Shown here: positions 48,401 through 61,995 of the stretch, piece after piece | Position numbering within the stretch: position 1 is the stretch's first letter | Layout of the letters: each line of letters opens with the position of its first letter | Assembly (NCBI RefSeq): GCF_033153115.1 | Contig: NW_026889751.1 | Span: 434,001-498,000, forward strand | Length of the DNA: 64,000 nt | Origin: Saccostrea echinata | Lineage: Eukaryota | Reading direction: 5' to 3' | The notes under the pieces: model-generated | Database searches by the model: none | Seen by the model: the letters and a program-made list of their open reading frames with translations, nothing else | Told to the model about the DNA's origin: nothing | Program-made: the position numbers and the translations under genes

Positions 48401-51400
48401 TTCATAGTTAAGTATTTTATGCAACGTTCCACAGAAAAGTACCAACTGTTTTTGCTTTTCAAAAGTAATTTTTAGTTCTGCTTTTTTGGCTTACTTGAAA
48501 TTTTGTATACTGTAGATCACTTTTTCTTTGTGACACATTTTTTGTGAGGTTGTTGTTTAGTATTTATAAGCGAAACAAACTTTTCATGAATATTGGTTAT
48601 TGCTCTATATTATCTTTAATAGTAGAATTATACATGAGAATGAAATTTTCATGAGCAGATTTTCTTGTGTAATTATGCCTAAATAAAGTTCTCACGAATA
48701 AAAAATGATATACTGTAAACATATCATTTAGGTTTGTGATGAGCCATTACACAGTCTGAGGGTGCAGGAACAGGGCCGATTAATCGCTTGTGGGTCACAC
48801 ACTGGCACCACCACATTATTAGAACTATCTGACAGCTTGTACACACTTCAAAGGAACGAAAAGAACTTAGTCACAGCTGTAAGTACTACAAATATGGCAA
48901 AGAAAAGATAGTCTGATTTATAAAAGTATAAAAGTTATACATAGAATCCCAAATAGTTTGCTTTTATAAAGGGAGCAGTAACTTCTAACTCAGATATATA
49001 CGCACTGTATCTTGTTGCAGATGTTTGAAAGAGAAACAAGGAGAGAAAAGATCTTGGATTCTCGACACAGAGAAATGAAATTAAAAGAAAGGTCAAAGAG
49101 TTCAGCAGATGGTGCAAAGGTAGTTGAACTATATTTTAAAAATTACATATATATGTATATGCTGTTATCCATTTAGTGTCATTAAGTATATTAATTGTTT
49201 TCAAATGATGCACGTACAGTATAAACAAGAGCATATCTATAAGTAGAAATATGAAGATTCACTGAAGTCTTAATAGAAATATCACCTTTATGATTAGGAT
49301 GGACAAATATGTTTAAGGTATATCTGGGTTTATCATTTGAGATTTTACTATTAAGTAAGCAAGAGATTGCATGCCACTTAAATCAACAACTTGAAAATAA
49401 GGTGACTTAGAATTCTGTCATTGACCTTGGAAAAAGTAAACAGAGGAAATTATCAATATTTATTTTTATTTTTGATATTTGCTTATACAGACAGAAGAAG
49501 TAAGTAATATATTCACAATGGATTGCATGCATGCACATTGAATGGAACAATTTTGTGTTTCAGCACATTGAGAAAATAGTTTATCAAACATAAAAAATCT
49601 GTACTTCACAACATTTCTATTTGGTTGACTGCAGTTTCTTTATTTGATAGGTATTTTAGTGTGAATTGTATATCATGCTGCTCTTAAACTGTCACTGCTT
49701 TAAAGACAAAGAACAAACTGCAGCGTTTCATAGATGTGTGGGTTAAAATGTTGCAACCAATTTTGTGCATTGAGCATTTTAATCAAAAGAAACATAAAAT
49801 GATGGAGCAAGTCCATTGTTCAAATGAATCAGTTGGCACAATGCATACACCTGCTTTTTTTTATTCCTGCAGATAAGAATCATATGCTTCAATTTAATGA
49901 TTTTTTTTTAAATGAATCAGTTGAGGATAAATTACTTGTATGTGTAGTAAATGATATTATACTTTGACAGGAGGAGGAGCCAGAGGAGGGGCGCTTGGAG
50001 GAGGAAGATCTGTACACCAAGGCTGAGAAGGAATTCTACAGCATCATAGAACAGGAGAAGAAACAGTTAGAGAAGAAACAACAGATGATCAGTGACACAG
50101 ACAAAACAGACACTGGAAAAGTGAGTCACATCACTCTGACACACAGAGTATTTCAAACTGTAAAAATAGATTGATATACAGGTAGTGGGTTTATATTTGA
50201 AATTGTTTGTAAGGAAAGCATTAATATGAAGTTAAATGAATACTGATCTGAAGCAATTCAAAAATTATATATATATATATTATAGTATTACCATAATTTA
50301 TCTACAATGTTTTGCTCAGGTCAGTAAGGAGTTGCTTCCTTTTTTATAATATATAGTATATATATTTCACTTGGATTACTTTGCAGCAATCACCAATTGC
50401 AGAAGGGGATGAAGAAGAGAAAACAAATGGAAATCCAGTAAGTCCATAAGTAATAATAAGCTCTTCCATTGTCTTATCAGGGGCTTTTTTCTTTTATCAA
50501 TTAATATTAGGATTTTTGCAAACCAGGCTAGGAGTGTAAAAGGAAATGTGAGGAGAATAAGTTTTGAAAAGTTTTTTGACTTTGAAAATCAGAGTCAGCA
50601 TTATGCAGATTATGTGGTCATTATAATGACCTTCTTTGGAAATACAACCTATCATTGGCTGACATGTTAGGCCTTTGTTTATATACCACTTATATAGAAT
50701 GTGGATGGCTCGTTTTATCCTATCAATACATAGGGCTCACAGCTGGTGTGACTGGTTGATGGGGGATTCTTTCTCCTCCTTTTTTATGGTTCAGCTAAAA
50801 CTCGGTTTAGATACCTTAATCATAATGAAATTGTGATAGTGTTGGGAAATACCTGGTAGTTGTTTTAATTGAACAATTGTCACATTTCAGTAAAGAAACT
50901 GGTAAAAATGAATTTTTGAGCTTGGTGAATGGAATTTATTCAGTTTTATTTAAAGTTATCAATTATAAATAAATGAATGCAGAGATGAAGAAATGCATCG
51001 AATTCACTGAATCCATAAAATTGAATAGATAAATAAGTATCTTAAATTCTGAGAAAAACATCTGAAAATATTTTTTGTTTCAAGTTGCATTTTCTTCATC
51101 CTGTTATAATTATGGTGCATGAATTTTATTTTGCATTCTTGAGATTTTACTGACATTTGCACTTTTTCAACACCTGTTATATCGTTATAATAGTTTAATT
51201 GTTATCTCAAACATAATGTGACTCAAACTGTTGAAAAATATTAAGAAATTCCGGTGTTTGAGATTTCAAACATGACACTCAATGATAAGGTTTCAAACAC
51301 TGAATCACTTCAACAAACATGTATCCACTATCCATGGTATTTGACATGTTCATTTGAATCTATTATATAGACAATGATACTTATCAATAAGATATAATGC

Positions 51401-51500
51401 TGATATTCATTAACATTAACGCGAAAGAGAATCAATCATTCTATTGATTTAACATAGAGATAATCTTTATTTTCAGGAATCAGACCAGAAGAAAGATTAA
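45419..51500 (+). CDS. DNAI2: Axonemal outer-arm dynein intermediate chain 2 (dynein intermediate chain 3, ciliary), ~604 aa
   Basis: Exons 45419-45601, 45744-45905, 46023-46141, 46325-46467, 46605-46718, 46821-47083, 47246-47425, 47513-47556, 47684-47819, 48732-48878, 49021-49119, 49971-50120, 50387-50437, 51477-51500 (1815 nt). Diagnostic motifs [89 protein letters not shown]. The last two small exons are less certain. Confidence 0.95.
49491..49499 (+). other. Candidate 9-nt alternatively spliced microexon of DNAI2 (TEE)
   Basis: U-rich tract...tttgcttatacag|ACAGAAGAA|gtaagt. It is symmetric phase 0-0, matching the flanking exons. Confidence 0.65.
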
Positions 51501-52264
51501 TGATGTCGTTTTTTGCTCTGGAACTCCATTGTGATGCAGCTAAAAGCCAAAGCAAATTTTACCACCATTAAAACACTGTAGGGAAGCTATATATCATGTT
51601 TGAAAAAGACAAAGATGAGAATAAAATCAATATCATAACTTTTGCTAAGACTTCCAAATGAAAACATAACTTGCTGTGATGCTGTTTTATACATCAGAGT
51701 GTTTACAACAGATTGAACATCGTCATCCCACAATGTACCAAGTCAAACAGTGGTACTGCATTTAATTTGTTGATTACGTTTTATTTAACAATGTGAACTG
51801 TTGTGGTAAAATCTAATGAGATTTATTTGTAAAAAATTATATTTTATTTATACCATCTTGTTACCAATAAATTAATTCTTTGAAAAAGGGTATTTTCTTC
51901 TTGTTATGAATCATTAAAAAGTGAACGGAAATATATTGTATATGAAAACATTTTCCCCCAATTTCTTTTTTACTATATTTATGAAGGTAGATCGAGGATA
52001 CATTGTATTGTTTCTCTCTCGATTGCCACCTGTCTTATATTCATTATAACGTTCCAATAGTCATGAAATATTAATGCCTTTACACCGAACTTTGGCGCAT
52101 TGCTCTACCATAAAGAATTGTTTTGGTCCATTAGATCGATTTTTTCTTTACCTGACTGTCTATGAGCATCATCTTAGGTATAAACTCAGCTGGCTAACCA
52201 CTCACTTATTTGGAAAAAGAACGGCGAATACATATACCAGGGGCTCCGCGTATTGAGAAAAAAA

Positions 52265-55200
52265 ATGGGTGTGGTAACCAGACTAAAATTCACTCTCGTT
52301 GCCCTGTCGATTGCGTTTGTACTTAAAGTGGTTATATTCTTTAGCCCTGGTTGGGCTATAGTGAATATTCACTTTCCGGAGAGGATTGCCGGGGATCTTA
52401 TGGAGGAATCCATGGAACAGATTAATTCTGGGCACCCTAACCCCGGGGACCCAGTCGCCATGCCCTACGACAAGGACGGCATAGCCGAGGGTCACCGACT
52501 GTCCATTTCCATGGGTCTGTGGTATTTTGTAACCTGTCTTTACAATAAAAAGCCGCACACCATGTTCTTCAGAAAGGAATGTTTCCATTCAACATACTCC
52601 TCAGCCGAGGAAGAGATGGACAGACTCCCTGACGGAACGCCATTTGTCAGAGGAACGTACGAAAAAATCCACTGTAAGTAGTTTTGCCTCCAGATTTTAT
52701 AAATTCTCTCTCTCTCTCATTACAATGCCAAAACAAAGTAAACAATTCCATTGGCGTATTCCATTCATAGCATTGTGATAATTTCCTAGTCACATTTTTT
52801 AAAGATTCAAACTGATGAAAGAAACCTCAAACAGATCCCTACGAATGCACTAGCTATAGTTATTTGGATTTTTTCTCGTATAAAAAATAATTCTAAATGA
52901 AAGAAAAGCAAACAATCTCGGAGAAAATTACTGTTGGATTTTGCAGGAAAAAAGTATTTAAATAACAATCATATATGCTGAATTTTATATAAGTTGAACA
53001 TATGGAAGGATTCAAGGGTCATTTATCCATTTTCATGAGTATTTGAAAATCGGGTGATGTAAAAAAAGCCTGATTTTAATGGATCAGAATTTCTACCTCA
53101 AGTTCCGTCGGGGAATTCGCTTGGAGATCTAGATACACATGTACTAGTACATTCTAGTCTAATTCAAGGTGGCTATTAAATTAAACGTGTATTTCCTTCT
53201 TAAATAGATAATAATTAAAACAGTCTAATGTATATCGTCCTATACTCGTATTGGGCGGAATGACTGCCATTCAGCACTTTTTTTCTGTTCCGTGTTCGCT
53301 TTCAGGTAGTTTATTTTTTTTCTCAAAATCTTGATTTTGAAAAACTAAGATAAAATTACTGGATATAGTGCGACAAATTTTCTCTGTGATCTTGGAATAG
53401 TGTTAATTTATTTGAACCTATTGTCATCTTGTTATTTTTCCCATGTTATTAGTAGGTAGTTTTTAAGAATTTTGACTGACGCAAATCAGTGGGAAAAACA
53501 GCGGATTTTATATTTATAAAAAAGGAAGTGAAATCAATGCATCAACGAATATTACACGTACACGTACAGGAACATAATTAAAATCTGATACTGTACAGTA
53601 TTTCTGTTGGAACTTTTACCTTTTTTCTCTGTTGGTCTGATTAATTAACGTATTTCTTAATAATTCATTATTCCAAGATTAATCGATGTAGACTGCGAAT
53701 TTTCTATTTCCCATTTCATGCCAATACACCATATAATCAAATCAGAATCTATCCAGTAAGGCAAAAGTCAGTCATAAATTAACAATGGATAAATAAGCTC
53801 AGAATTAAACCTAGGATTCCAATGATATGGTAGTCAAACTACAAGCATTCTGCATTCCAAGTTACGTTCTTGTCAAAGAAGAGAAACGAACAAAATTATT
53901 TTGTATGTTTGACATAATTTTTTCCCCTTCCCCATGCATTTATATCGATTCCTGGATACTAGTATATAGAAACCCTTGAGATACATGTGCCTGACCTTGA
54001 GGCAGCGAGTCATTAGCAAGAACAAACTCAAGTTCGCCGAATAAATTCCAATTAACGATTTCTATTTATGTTATTATTTCCTTTCTCTTTCTCTATGGAC
54101 CTTGACATATAAGACTTGATTTTGAGCAAAAATTTATTGAGTATGAATGAAATGTGAAAATAGCGAACGGTAATCATGTTCAAAGTCCAAATAAACAATA
54201 GAAATTGTGAATAGAGGATGAAACATCTTTATAGGTGATAGACAACAACACACTAACCTATTCCAATCTACTGTTCTCAGGTTATTGATGATGAACACAA
54301 TTTTGTACTACATAACAGACGAGCAACTGTATATACATGTAGAGAGACAACCAGAACCACACGTTTCCGTTCGGGGAGACATACCGGTAATAAAACACGC
54401 TCCAAAATTCTTTTACCGAATTCTGTGGAAAATTTAATGATGGCCTATGACAAGTTATATTACGTTAACGCCTTTTAATTTTTTATACAAGGCCCCCCCC
54501 CTTTTTTTTTTGAGAATAGGTTTTTGATGTAGTTTTATTATGTAAATTTTCATTTGAAAGATGCTTGCCCTTTTTTGTTGCTGTTCGGTTGAACATTGGC
54601 GAATTCCAGCATTCGAAAAAAATGCACCGAAAAGTTAGAGAAGGGTCCAACACTAACCCACCCACCCCCTCCACAACGCAATAGGACTTTCGAGTTTGTG
54701 CAGTTGAGCAATTTACGTTTCTACTTTGCTTGTCAGTTTGGGAGGTTAAGAGATTTCGAGTTAGGCAACAATTTTATTTTATGTATCTCAATATGATTCA
54801 AGGTCTTTTGGCGTCTTGGAAACTGTCTTGTGAAAAGAAGACGATTGCAACTCATAAAAGTACCAAAAATTACATCTTTAGAGAAATCGAATTTCGTTTA
54901 GGCCTAATCAAGCATGACATGATCTGTGATATCTTGCAATGATATAATATTATATAACAATTGAAGTTATTAGAAGAACTAAAATATCGCGTAAGTATAA
55001 AACAAGTGGAAAGCTGTTAATGCGACAGCAAGCAGTGTTTTCTTTGCGTGAACAGAACTCACATGGACAAACAAATTTCGAATTTGCAAGAGTTATTTCC
55101 TTTTTTCCTGAAACCATTTTTTCTCATTATAATATCCTTTGTCACTAGATATTTAAAACCTCTCTATTGGCAAAGTATGGAACAACAAAGAAAACATAAT

Positions 55201-55807
55201 GAACTTACACATATAAATTTGTTACATACTACCCATACGTCTCCGCACACAGACAAACGAACTCTTGCAGAAGTTTGGGTTATGTTGAAAACAGCACCTT
55301 ACGCCCGTTGACCCTAGTTTGACCCCGGAAGGGAAATGACTCTTGTAAAAGTGAAAATCGTCAATTATAAAAACTTTATTCTGAAAACTGTAGGAGGTGA
55401 CATCCCAAAAATTAATGTACCTTATTAGCATATTTTGCATAGAAATGTCTAAGTTCAACAATTGGCCATTTCCCTCATAAATGATATAAAATCAAAATCC
55501 AAGTACCATGCACATCTCTGATGTACAATTGATCTGCAAAATAAAAACTTATCTTGAAAACTGTCGGAGGAGTTATCCGGACAAATGATGTACCTTATAT
55601 GCATATTTTGCAAAGAAATGACTAAGTCCAGTAACTGGTATTTTTTCTCATAATTTATCACAAATCAAAATCCAAGTAATATGCACATCTTTGATATATG
55701 TAGTTTTATTACAATTGAGTTGCATTTTTTTTAAAAAAAAAGTTCCTATTTTGAAAATTGAGGGAGGAGTTATCCGGGTTAATGGGGTACCCTATATGCA
55801 ATATTTT

Positions 55808-55854
<47 letters not shown>

Positions 55855-58800
55855 CAACAGGTGGTATTTTTCCCATAAATTATCAAAATCAAAATCCAAA
55901 CAGTGTGCACATCTCTGATATAATATAGGAACGATCTGAAAAATAAAAAAAAGTCCCCATCTTGAAAACTCAGTTTAAAGGCGTTATCCGGACAAATGAT
56001 GTACACTTTTGGCAGCCGTCTCCCCCCATCCCACCCCAGCCATTTTCACCATTTCAATAACCAGATTTTTCCTACGGAAAACCCGGTTAAAAACATGCGA
56101 TTTTTGTTGGGAAAACTATAGTATTTTATCCTAAAATATTCTTATTTCTCAGTTTTCAATTAGAAAATGCATAATTATTGCTTTTATTTACGTTTCCTTA
56201 AAATATACTTGAGATTTTATTATTTTCCCTCTATAAGACGATTAACTAAAGAACTTTGAAGAAATAACATGGGTAAATAAACTGTATTAAATACATATTA
56301 GTATTTACTTTGTGAACTTAGTGACATTTTTGTGAGCATTTTCATATTACACGTGCTTAACTGTAAAAGAACTATGCACGCTAACTCTAGATTCCAGCCT
56401 ACATTTTACATCCATTTTATTCAATACTAATGCAATATGGCCGTAAAATCTTTGTTGAATGCAAAGAACAGTTCAATGGTAATTGACTGATAATTTTAAT
56501 ACCAGTGTTAAAAAGTTAATTACCCCTAATTCCAGCTCTTTAAATAAGAGGGGTAGACGATATTTTTCATTGAAATCGGGCTTTAAAGCATCACCTCATT
56601 TTAAAATATTCTTGGATGTGAATAAATGTACCTTAAATCTTTTCTCATGCTTTAAAATTAAACATATATTAGTAATAAAATACAATGTTTTAGTGGTAAA
56701 TCCCTTTGAAATTGGTGAAAAAATAAGCATTTTTGTATTTTATGTCCCCCCCCCCCCCCCGTGAAACACAAAAAGCTTTGGTATGAATTTATGAAATGAC
56801 AGTCCATATTACCTGTAAAAGGAATTTTTGTTTCACTGGGGAAAGATGTTCTAGAAATATTTTCCGTTTTCCGTTGATTTCTATAGTGAAAAACACAAGT
56901 TTTACCAAAATTATAGATTTATCTCTCTTTGTTTTCCCAAAGAAGTAATGTTTTATGAAAATTCATATAAATATCTATATAGATATTAAAAAAATCATTC
57001 AAATGTGTTAACTTTTGAAAATTGACTTGGAGGTACTCAGGAGAACAATACTGTCGTTCGCAGGTCTTTAGAACCTGAGGAACGGACTACCTTAATGTAA
57101 AACAACCCATAATGTAACCAAAAAAGTGCTATCCTTCATGATAAATGAGTTTTACACTAAGGTTGCAATACTGCTCCCCTTAAGCATTGCCTTGTTTTAG
57201 AAGAAGCATAATTAAATTAAGTGTTCAGCAAAAGATTTTTTTTCTCTCTCTCGAGATGTCTTGCCTGAAGACATGAAATTAAAATGAAGATTGCATAAAA
57301 CGATTGATTGTGCTTGTCTTTGCTGAATAAAACGTTAAAGTCCAAAGCAGCAAGTTTCTGAGTCTTCTTCCTGTCTTGCATTGTATTGATTGAAATGTTC
57401 TGCCTATATCCAATGCCGGTACTTTGGTCGGGGCTGCCTACCCAATGCTAGTACTTAGATCGGAGCTGCCTACCCATTGCTAGTACTTCGATCGGAGCTG
57501 CCTACCCAATGCTAACACTTAGATCGGAGCTGCCCATCCAATGCTAGTACTTAGATCGGAGCTGCCTATGTAATGCTAGTACTTAGATCGGACTGCCTAC
57601 TCAATGCTAGTACTGTTGCATTTCAAAATCACATTAAAATTGTATATGACATATTGTACATTTTAATGAATATTCACTGTGAAAGCTTTATACACAGAGA
57701 TAAAATTAAAGAAAGGAAAAAGGGGGTGAAAGGGTGCAAAAAAGTGAGGTGGGGGGAACAGTATTAAGTATTTTAACATACTTGTACATTTGTATATAAA
57801 CTTGAGAAAAATAAATACATTATATCATATCACAAATAGTTTTCCAATATTTTTCATATTCTGAAAATTTACAGTTTCTTAAAAGTATAACTTTTTCGAC
57901 TAATATTCTATCCACAATATTTTTTTCTAGCATTGAGATGCTTAGTTTAGGCACATTTTTAAACCTACTAGCAAAAATAAATTGCTTAACAGTAAGTATT
58001 AATATATTGTGTAGTCTAAACATGTTTTTGTTGTTGAATTTGCCAAAAAGTATATCCTTTCTATCAAAATTAATGGTAAAATGAAACTTACTAGTTTCGG
58101 GACTGCCTACCCAATGCAAGTACTTAGGCCGAACTGACTACCCAATGCTATTACATATGTACTTAGATCGGAGCTGCCTATCCAATGCTAGACTATAAGT
58201 ACTTAGGTCGGACTGCTTACCTAATGCCAGTACTTAGGTCGGAGCTGACTGTCTAATGCTAGTACTTAGGTCGGACTGCTTACCTAATGCCAGTACTTAG
58301 GTCGGAGCTGACTGTCCAATGCTAGTACTTAGGTCGGACTGCTTACCTAATGCCAGTACTTAGATCGGAGCTGCCTATCCAATGCTAGTACTTAGGTCGG
58401 ACTGCTTACCTAATGCCAGTACTTAGGTCGGAGCTGTCTATGCTAGTACTTAGGTCATGCATCATGTATTTTGTTTGATTTTATTGTTATATTTTCTCTC
58501 TGTTGTTTTTACAAAAGGCGAGAATAAATTGAATTGAATTGGTTGGAGCGGCCTACCCAATGCCGGTAATTGGGTAGGCAGCTCCACCAAGTGCTAGTAT
58601 TAGGTCGGAGATCGAGAATAAGCAACGCTTGAATCAATAATATTTTCCTTCCGATGAGTATTATTATGATTAAAAAAGTCTTAAAAACAAGAGTAATCAT
58701 CATAAAATCTTCCTCTCTGGTCCGTTTACCGTCTGTGATAATTATAGAATACAGTATAGAATGTACACATAACAGAATATAATTTATGGACCGTTATATT

Positions 58801-60110
58801 TTAATTTCCTTAAGTAACCTTGAATTATACAACTTATACCAAATCTTAGTTCTATCTTTGCAGTCACTGCAGCTACCTCTAAATAAAACTAAAAGAAGTC
58901 GATTATTCTTAAAATGTCAAAGTATTCCGAACATAGATGAAGTTGGAAAAAATCGATTTATAAGCAGTTTTCCAGGATTGTCAAATTTTCAGGGTTTCGA
59001 CTCATTCAGGTAAGCTATAAATCATAATTTGATTTGTAGCTCACCATCTCACAATACCTTTAACACACAAAAGAATGAATTACGGCAAGAGCAACATCTT
59101 TTCATGTTCCAAAATCAAAATCCTAAGATAACGTCTTTATCAAAAACAGCATTGACAACGTTTACCCGTGCAAAGAGGTAACAAAAGGTGACAGCATATC
59201 TCACAATTTTCCTCATTTTTGGTCCATTGTTACGAATTTTCAGCTTTTGAAGACACAAAGCCCAGACAAGCCGTGGGTAAAGCTATGATATTTTCATGTT
59301 GGAAGTGAGAATGAAAGGGCGACAGGGCTAGCTAGCATGAATGCGAGACCAACAACTCTCTCGTTTACTTGTGAATAAGTCTATATTTGTTATTTTTACA
59401 GATGTGACAAAATTTGGTCTGCTGGAGTTCCAGATAGAGACAGGTCTGGGTATTATATGCAGTGCTATTGGGTTGATCACTACGGCATTGTACTACCGGA
59501 CAGAGGGAAATAAGCGACACGTGGGACTAGCAGCATGTGTCTCCTGTCTACTGACAGGTATAGTTATAAGTTGTGCTTTTCATTCAAATAAGCTTTATGT
59601 GTTTCAGAAGACTGCGAAAACACACAAAGAAACACACACCTCAAAACAAAATAAAGAGATTGTGTATCATGAGAATTGTGTCACCCGATATACAATTGTT
59701 TTTGTTAAAACAAAAAGTATTTCTTTCTATAAACAGGAGTCTTGTTTTGGATCGCTGTGGGTAAAATTTCCATGAGTTTGCTGCACCTTCACGAAATGAT
59801 AAATATGTATTATGGAGGTAACATGTACGGCATTTATGTACCGATCCCTTGGTGCCTCATTCTGGGAGCGATCACCTCGTCAACCTTTCTGGCAGTCGCA
59901 GTTATGCATCTCTTCATTGTATCACGTGATAGGGACGACAAGAAGAAACCCACGGTATATTCAACGACCTCGGAAAAGAACACCACCGCAATCCCCGTTG
60001 TGACTACAGAATTTTATCCAATCGAAAAGACCGACCTCCCGCCATTTGAGGTAAACTCCAATGAGGGACTGGGAACTGCACTTCCCCTTCCAATAAAGCA
60101 AAAACTCTGA
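52265..60110 (+). CDS. Claudin/PMP22/EMP-superfamily four-TM protein, ~312 aa
   Basis: Exons 52265-52673, 59402-59557, 59737-60110 (phases 1 and 1, 939 nt). TM1 is followed by SPGW, the signature GLWYFVTC...C sits in the first loop, and three further hydrophobic segments precede a cytoplasmic tail. TATAAA at 52179. Confidence 0.82.
55255..56093 (-). mobile_element. HINE-type element with ~170-220-bp repeats and a long A-run
   Basis: Terminal stem aaccagatttttcctacggaaaacccggttaaaaa. Repeats are marked by aaatcaaaatccaa (~55489, 55662, 55887) and gttatccgg. The left edge is approximate. Confidence 0.65.
57400..57614. repeat. 32-bp minisatellite, array 1
   Basis: About 6.5 copies of ccaatgctagtacttagatcggagctgcctac. 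Confidence 0.92.
58097..58456. repeat. 31/32-bp minisatellite, array 2 (alternating 63-bp dimer)
   Basis: Same unit family, with tacttaggtcggactgcttacctaatgccag alternating with tacttaggtcggagctgactgtc(t/c)aatgctag. Confidence 0.92.
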
Positions 60111-60211
60111 ACTGTTTTCTCTTAGATTATAAGGATTCTATTAGCTTTGTGATGTGTTTGTTAAGATATTTTTCATGTGGAGGAAAATACTGTTAATATT
60201 TTTATTTGATA

Positions 60212-60928
60212 TTTATACCCCCGCTCCGAGGGAGAGGGGGATATACTGTTTTACCCTTGTGTGTCTTTCTGACTGTCTATCTAGCCGTGTTTATGTCCGT
60301 AACAAATTTTCGTCTCAGTTTTCTCAGCAACTACTCATTGCTGATGCTTGAAATAGTCATAACACCAAATTTTCTATTTTAATAAAAATTTGTGGGAAGA
60401 CAATATTAGCACACTCTTTGTCTAAGGCATATACCATATGGTGGGGATCATTTTTGAACAAATCCGATGTCAACTTCTTGTTTATCCGTGTGTCTGTCCG
60501 TACCAGTTTTCTCAGCAACTACTCATCGCAAATGCTTGAAATATTAGCACACTCTTTGTCTAGGGCATGCCATATGGTGGGAATCATTTTTGTACAAATT
60601 TGTGCGTCTGTCCATACCAATTTTTCGTCGCAGTTTTCTCAGCAACTACTCATTGCTAAAGCTTGAAATTTTAGCACACTCTTTGTCTAGGCATGTCATA
60701 TGATTGGATTCATTTTTTTCGAATCTGATGTCAAATTCCTTTTTATCCATGTGTCTATCCGTACCAAATTTCCGTCACAGTTTTTTTCAGCAACTACTCT
60801 TCGCTAATACTCGAAATTTTAGCACACTCTTTCTTAGGCATGCCATTTGGTGGGATTCATGAGAGTGTACATTCACATCAGAGCGGGGGTATTACTATTG
60901 AACATTGATTCACAGACTTCTTGTTTTT
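60212..60928 (+). mobile_element. HINE-type element ~100 bp downstream of the claudin-like stop codon
   Basis: Subterminal inverted motif tacccccgctc / gagcgggggta, 5' stem, ctgtct microsatellite remnant, repeats marked by cagttttctcagcaactactc (~60317, 60504, 60631, 60778), cttgttttt end. Confidence 0.8.
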
Positions 60929-61569
60929 TATCATCACAAAATCGAATTCAATTTTGAAATATATGAATATATCAAGATCAAGATTAATAAATCAGTTTAA
61001 ATAAATATTAAATTATTCTTAAAAGGGAAACTTCTCACTTCAAGCAGGATTGGTACCCTAGTGAGAAATATCTGACATTATTCAGATGCTGATTCAATAT
61101 ACCAGCATCAATGTTCACTTTTTAAGATGAGGATCGGAGTTAACAATGTTTCTTCGTTTTGGCATAACAGGAGAAAGTTGCAATCGGATTAAAATCAATT
61201 TCCAAACATGCGTGCACTGACCTCTTTTTGAAGTAATAAAAAAAAAATCAATTTTAAAAAGATCTATACGGTAAATAAAATTTTTCAATTGTCATTCTAT
61301 TTCAAATGATTTAATGCATCATTCCAAAACAGTATTTATTGATATTCTTATTATTTGAATTTTTATTTTAAAAAATCGCTTGTTTCCATAGACTTCAGTG
61401 CAATTTTGTTAATTAATTAATTACATCTTAGTTAATTATTTTTTTTAAAAAACTTTCTCTTGGTAAATCCTTTTCTACTGTAAAATGCTTTGAATTAACA
61501 TCAGAGTATTATATACGTGATGGATATTTAAGGATAGAGAATTAGGCCCTATTTGGAATGGAAAACCTT

Positions 61570-61995
61570 AAGTTCTGTCAGTGCCGTTATCTTTAGTTCT
61601 GTCAGAGCTATCGTGTTTAGTTTTGTCAGTGCTATCATCATTTTTCTGTCAGTGCTATCATTTCATAAATTCTGTCAGTGCTTTCATCTTTAGCTCTGTC
61701 AATGCTATCATATTTAATTCTGTCAGTGCTATCATCTTTAGTTCTGTCCGTGCCATCATCTTCAGTTCTGTCATTGCTATCGTCTTTAGTTTTGTCAGTG
61801 CTATCATCTTTAGTTCTGTAAGTGCTATCATCTTAAGTTCTGTCAGTGCTTTCATCTTTAGTTCTGTCAGTGCCATCATATTTAGTTCTGTAAGTGTCAT
61901 CATCTTTTTTTTTTCTTCTGTCAGTGCTATCCTCTGTAATTCTGTCAATGCTATCATCTTTAGTTCTGTCAGTGCTATCATCTTTAGTTCTGTAA
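61570..61995. repeat. 24-bp minisatellite (~17 copies)
   Basis: Unit agttctgtcagtgctatcatcttt, which gives an 8-aa periodicity on both strands. Confidence 0.95.

Noticed and set aside
50312-50328. ttgctcag|gtcagtaag as a recursive splice site or 4-nt exon in DNAI2
   Set aside because: The intron is only 266 bp, a 4-nt exon would shift the frame, and chance occurrence is likely.
53164-57095. Possible old TTAA-type (Kolobok-like) element spanning claudin-like intron 1
   Set aside because: The putative ends (aaggtggcta / ggactaccttaa) match too weakly to support.
57400-58456. CRISPR-like 32-bp repeats
   Set aside because: The units are contiguous with no unique spacers, there are no cas genes, and the context is a eukaryotic intron.
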